Origin: Tubiluchus corallicola
Taxonomy: Eukaryota; Animalia; Priapulida
DNA length: 17,565 nt
Direction: 5' to 3'
NCBI GenBank assembly: GCA_030141605.1
Contig: JAQGDQ010002502.1
Coordinates: forward strand, 1 to 17,565
Shown here in pieces: positions 16,272-17,565 of the stretch. Below the pieces are notes generated by a model. The model had not been told where the DNA came from. It did not search any database and saw nothing but the letters and a program-made list of their open reading frames with translations. Each line of letters starts with the position of its first letter. Position 1 is the first letter of the stretch. A program made the position numbers and the translations under genes.

Positions 16272-17213
16272 ATGAATAGACAACGGCATCTGCTAATTGA
16301 CCGTATTTTTCATGGGGTAACGTTTGCGTCAGCCATACTGCTTTTGGTTATTATCCTCTCTGTCTTCGTATCCCTTTTTATATTATCTTATCCGCTGTTA
16401 AAGGAGGTGGGGCTCAGGGAGTTGATACTCAACTTTGAGTGGTCGCCGACTAGTGATGCCAGCGGTTCGTTTGGCATCCTGCGGCCGGTGATCGGTACAC
16501 TTTTGAGCACATTTATAGCCGTCTGTTTTGCAGTGCCTGTTGCTCTGGGTATAGCGATATTTATTACGGAGCTCTGTCCATCGTTTCTCAAATCCTTCAT
16601 CGGCACGTGTGTCGAGCTTCTTGCGGCGATCCCCAGTATTGTCTATGGTCTTTGGGGTTTTTTGGTATTTTCCGGCATGGTTGACGTCTACGTTCGCCCG
16701 TTAATAGAGAATACTTTAGGTTTCTTACCATTTGTTGGCAGCGCTTTTATTGCGGAGAACAGTTCCGGTGGTGTAAACCTCTTTACCGCAAGCCTCGTTC
16801 TTGCCATAATGATTATACCATTCATCGCGTCAATCTCCAGGGATACGTTTGAGCTCACTCCTGCCATACTGAAAGAATCTGCTTACGGTATCGGAGCCAC
16901 AAAATGGGAAGTGGTGAGGGACGTTGTCATCCCTTATGCCAAGATAGGAGTCTTCAGCGGCATCATCATAGCGCTGGGAAGAGCCTTGGGCGAGACCATG
17001 GCGATCGCTTACGTTATCGGTAATAGCACCGGTGATTTATCTGATATATTTTCCCCTTATGTAACGATAACGTCAGTTATTGCCAATGAATTTGCAGAGG
17101 CTGACGGATTGCATGAAAATGCCCTGATGTTTTTGGCATTATCATTATTTATTATGAATTTTGCGATACTAACATTTGCAAAGCTGTTCGTCAGAAGGAT
17201 TGGTAGAAGATGA
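16272..17213 (+). CDS. pstC: Phosphate ABC transporter permease
   Basis: ELLAAIPSIVYGLWG, ESAYGIGATKWE, ALGRALGETMA, IANEFAEA. Confidence 0.96.
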   Translation: MNRQRHLLIDRIFHGVTFASAILLLVIILSVFVSLFILSYPLLKEVGLRELILNFEWSPTSDASGSFGILRPVIGTLLSTFIAVCFAVPVALGIAIFITELCPSFLKSFIGTCVELLAAIPSIVYGLWGFLVFSGMVDVYVRPLIENTLGFLPFVGSAFIAENSSGGVNLFTASLVLAIMIIPFIASISRDTFELTPAILKESAYGIGATKWEVVRDVVIPYAKIGVFSGIIIALGRALGETMAIAYVIGNSTGDLSDIFSPYVTITSVIANEFAEADGLHENALMFLALSLFIMNFAILTFAKLFVRRIGRR

Positions 17214-17565
17214 TTCTTAGAAGAAAAATTGTAAACGCTACAGCACTTGCCGCATCGGGGTTTTGCGCCATTGTGGGGCTGTTTTTTCTGTTCTTGATTC
17301 TGTTTCAAGTTTTGCGTTATGGTTGGGAGAGCTTGGGTGCTAACCTCTTTACCAAGGACTATGTGCCATTCTTTATCGATCCTGGAGGCGGTGGATTGCG
17401 TCACGCTATCGTTGGTCAGATGATGCTGACGTTTTTTGCGGTACTTTGCGGTACTCCCATAGGGATATTGGGCGGAACTTACCTGTCTGAATATGGCAGA
17501 AACAGTATTATCGGGAAGTATATATCTGTTCTTGCGGATATGATGGTCAGTTTGCCATCTATCAT
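17210..17565 (+). CDS. pstA: Phosphate ABC transporter permease, 3'-truncated by the window
   Basis: Not in the ORF track. ATGA overlap with the pstC stop; translates MILRRKIVN...GGGGLRHAIVGQ...PIGILGGTYLSEYG...DMMVSLPSI and is open to the window end. Confidence 0.92.
   Translation, partial: MILRRKIVNATALAASGFCAIVGLFFLFLILFQVLRYGWESLGANLFTKDYVPFFIDPGGGGLRHAIVGQMMLTFFAVLCGTPIGILGGTYLSEYGRNSIIGKYISVLADMMVSLPSI

Overview
Bacterial chromosomal window. My impression from gene content alone is an anaerobic Gram-negative lineage such as Deferribacterota; this is not verified. Gene order: partial Dabb protein, larC, a sigma28-type promoter with a long repeat-containing leader and an orphan coiled-coil gene, an ExeA/GspA-like ATPase with a C-terminal SH3b domain (two compensating frameshifts), and three tandem paralogous large prepilin-like genes (GspG-like N-part, Ig-like C-part, six aligned Cys). 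A convergent nodI/nodJ-like ABC exporter plus murI operon follows, then a divergent TAXI-TRAP transporter (permease frameshifted) and a convergent Usp. The window ends with a sigma54-type promoter driving a small frameshifted FlgM-N-terminus-like ORF, a UDP-glucuronate 4-epimerase-like gene and pstS-pstC-pstA (partial). The best candidate for an undescribed system is the ExeA-SH3b plus triplicated pilin-Ig cassette; next are the sigma28 leader/sRNA unit and the sigma54 micro-gene. Four single-site indels probably reflect assembly errors. I saw no rRNA, tRNA, CRISPR array or mobile element. All family assignments come from motif recognition by eye, not database searches.
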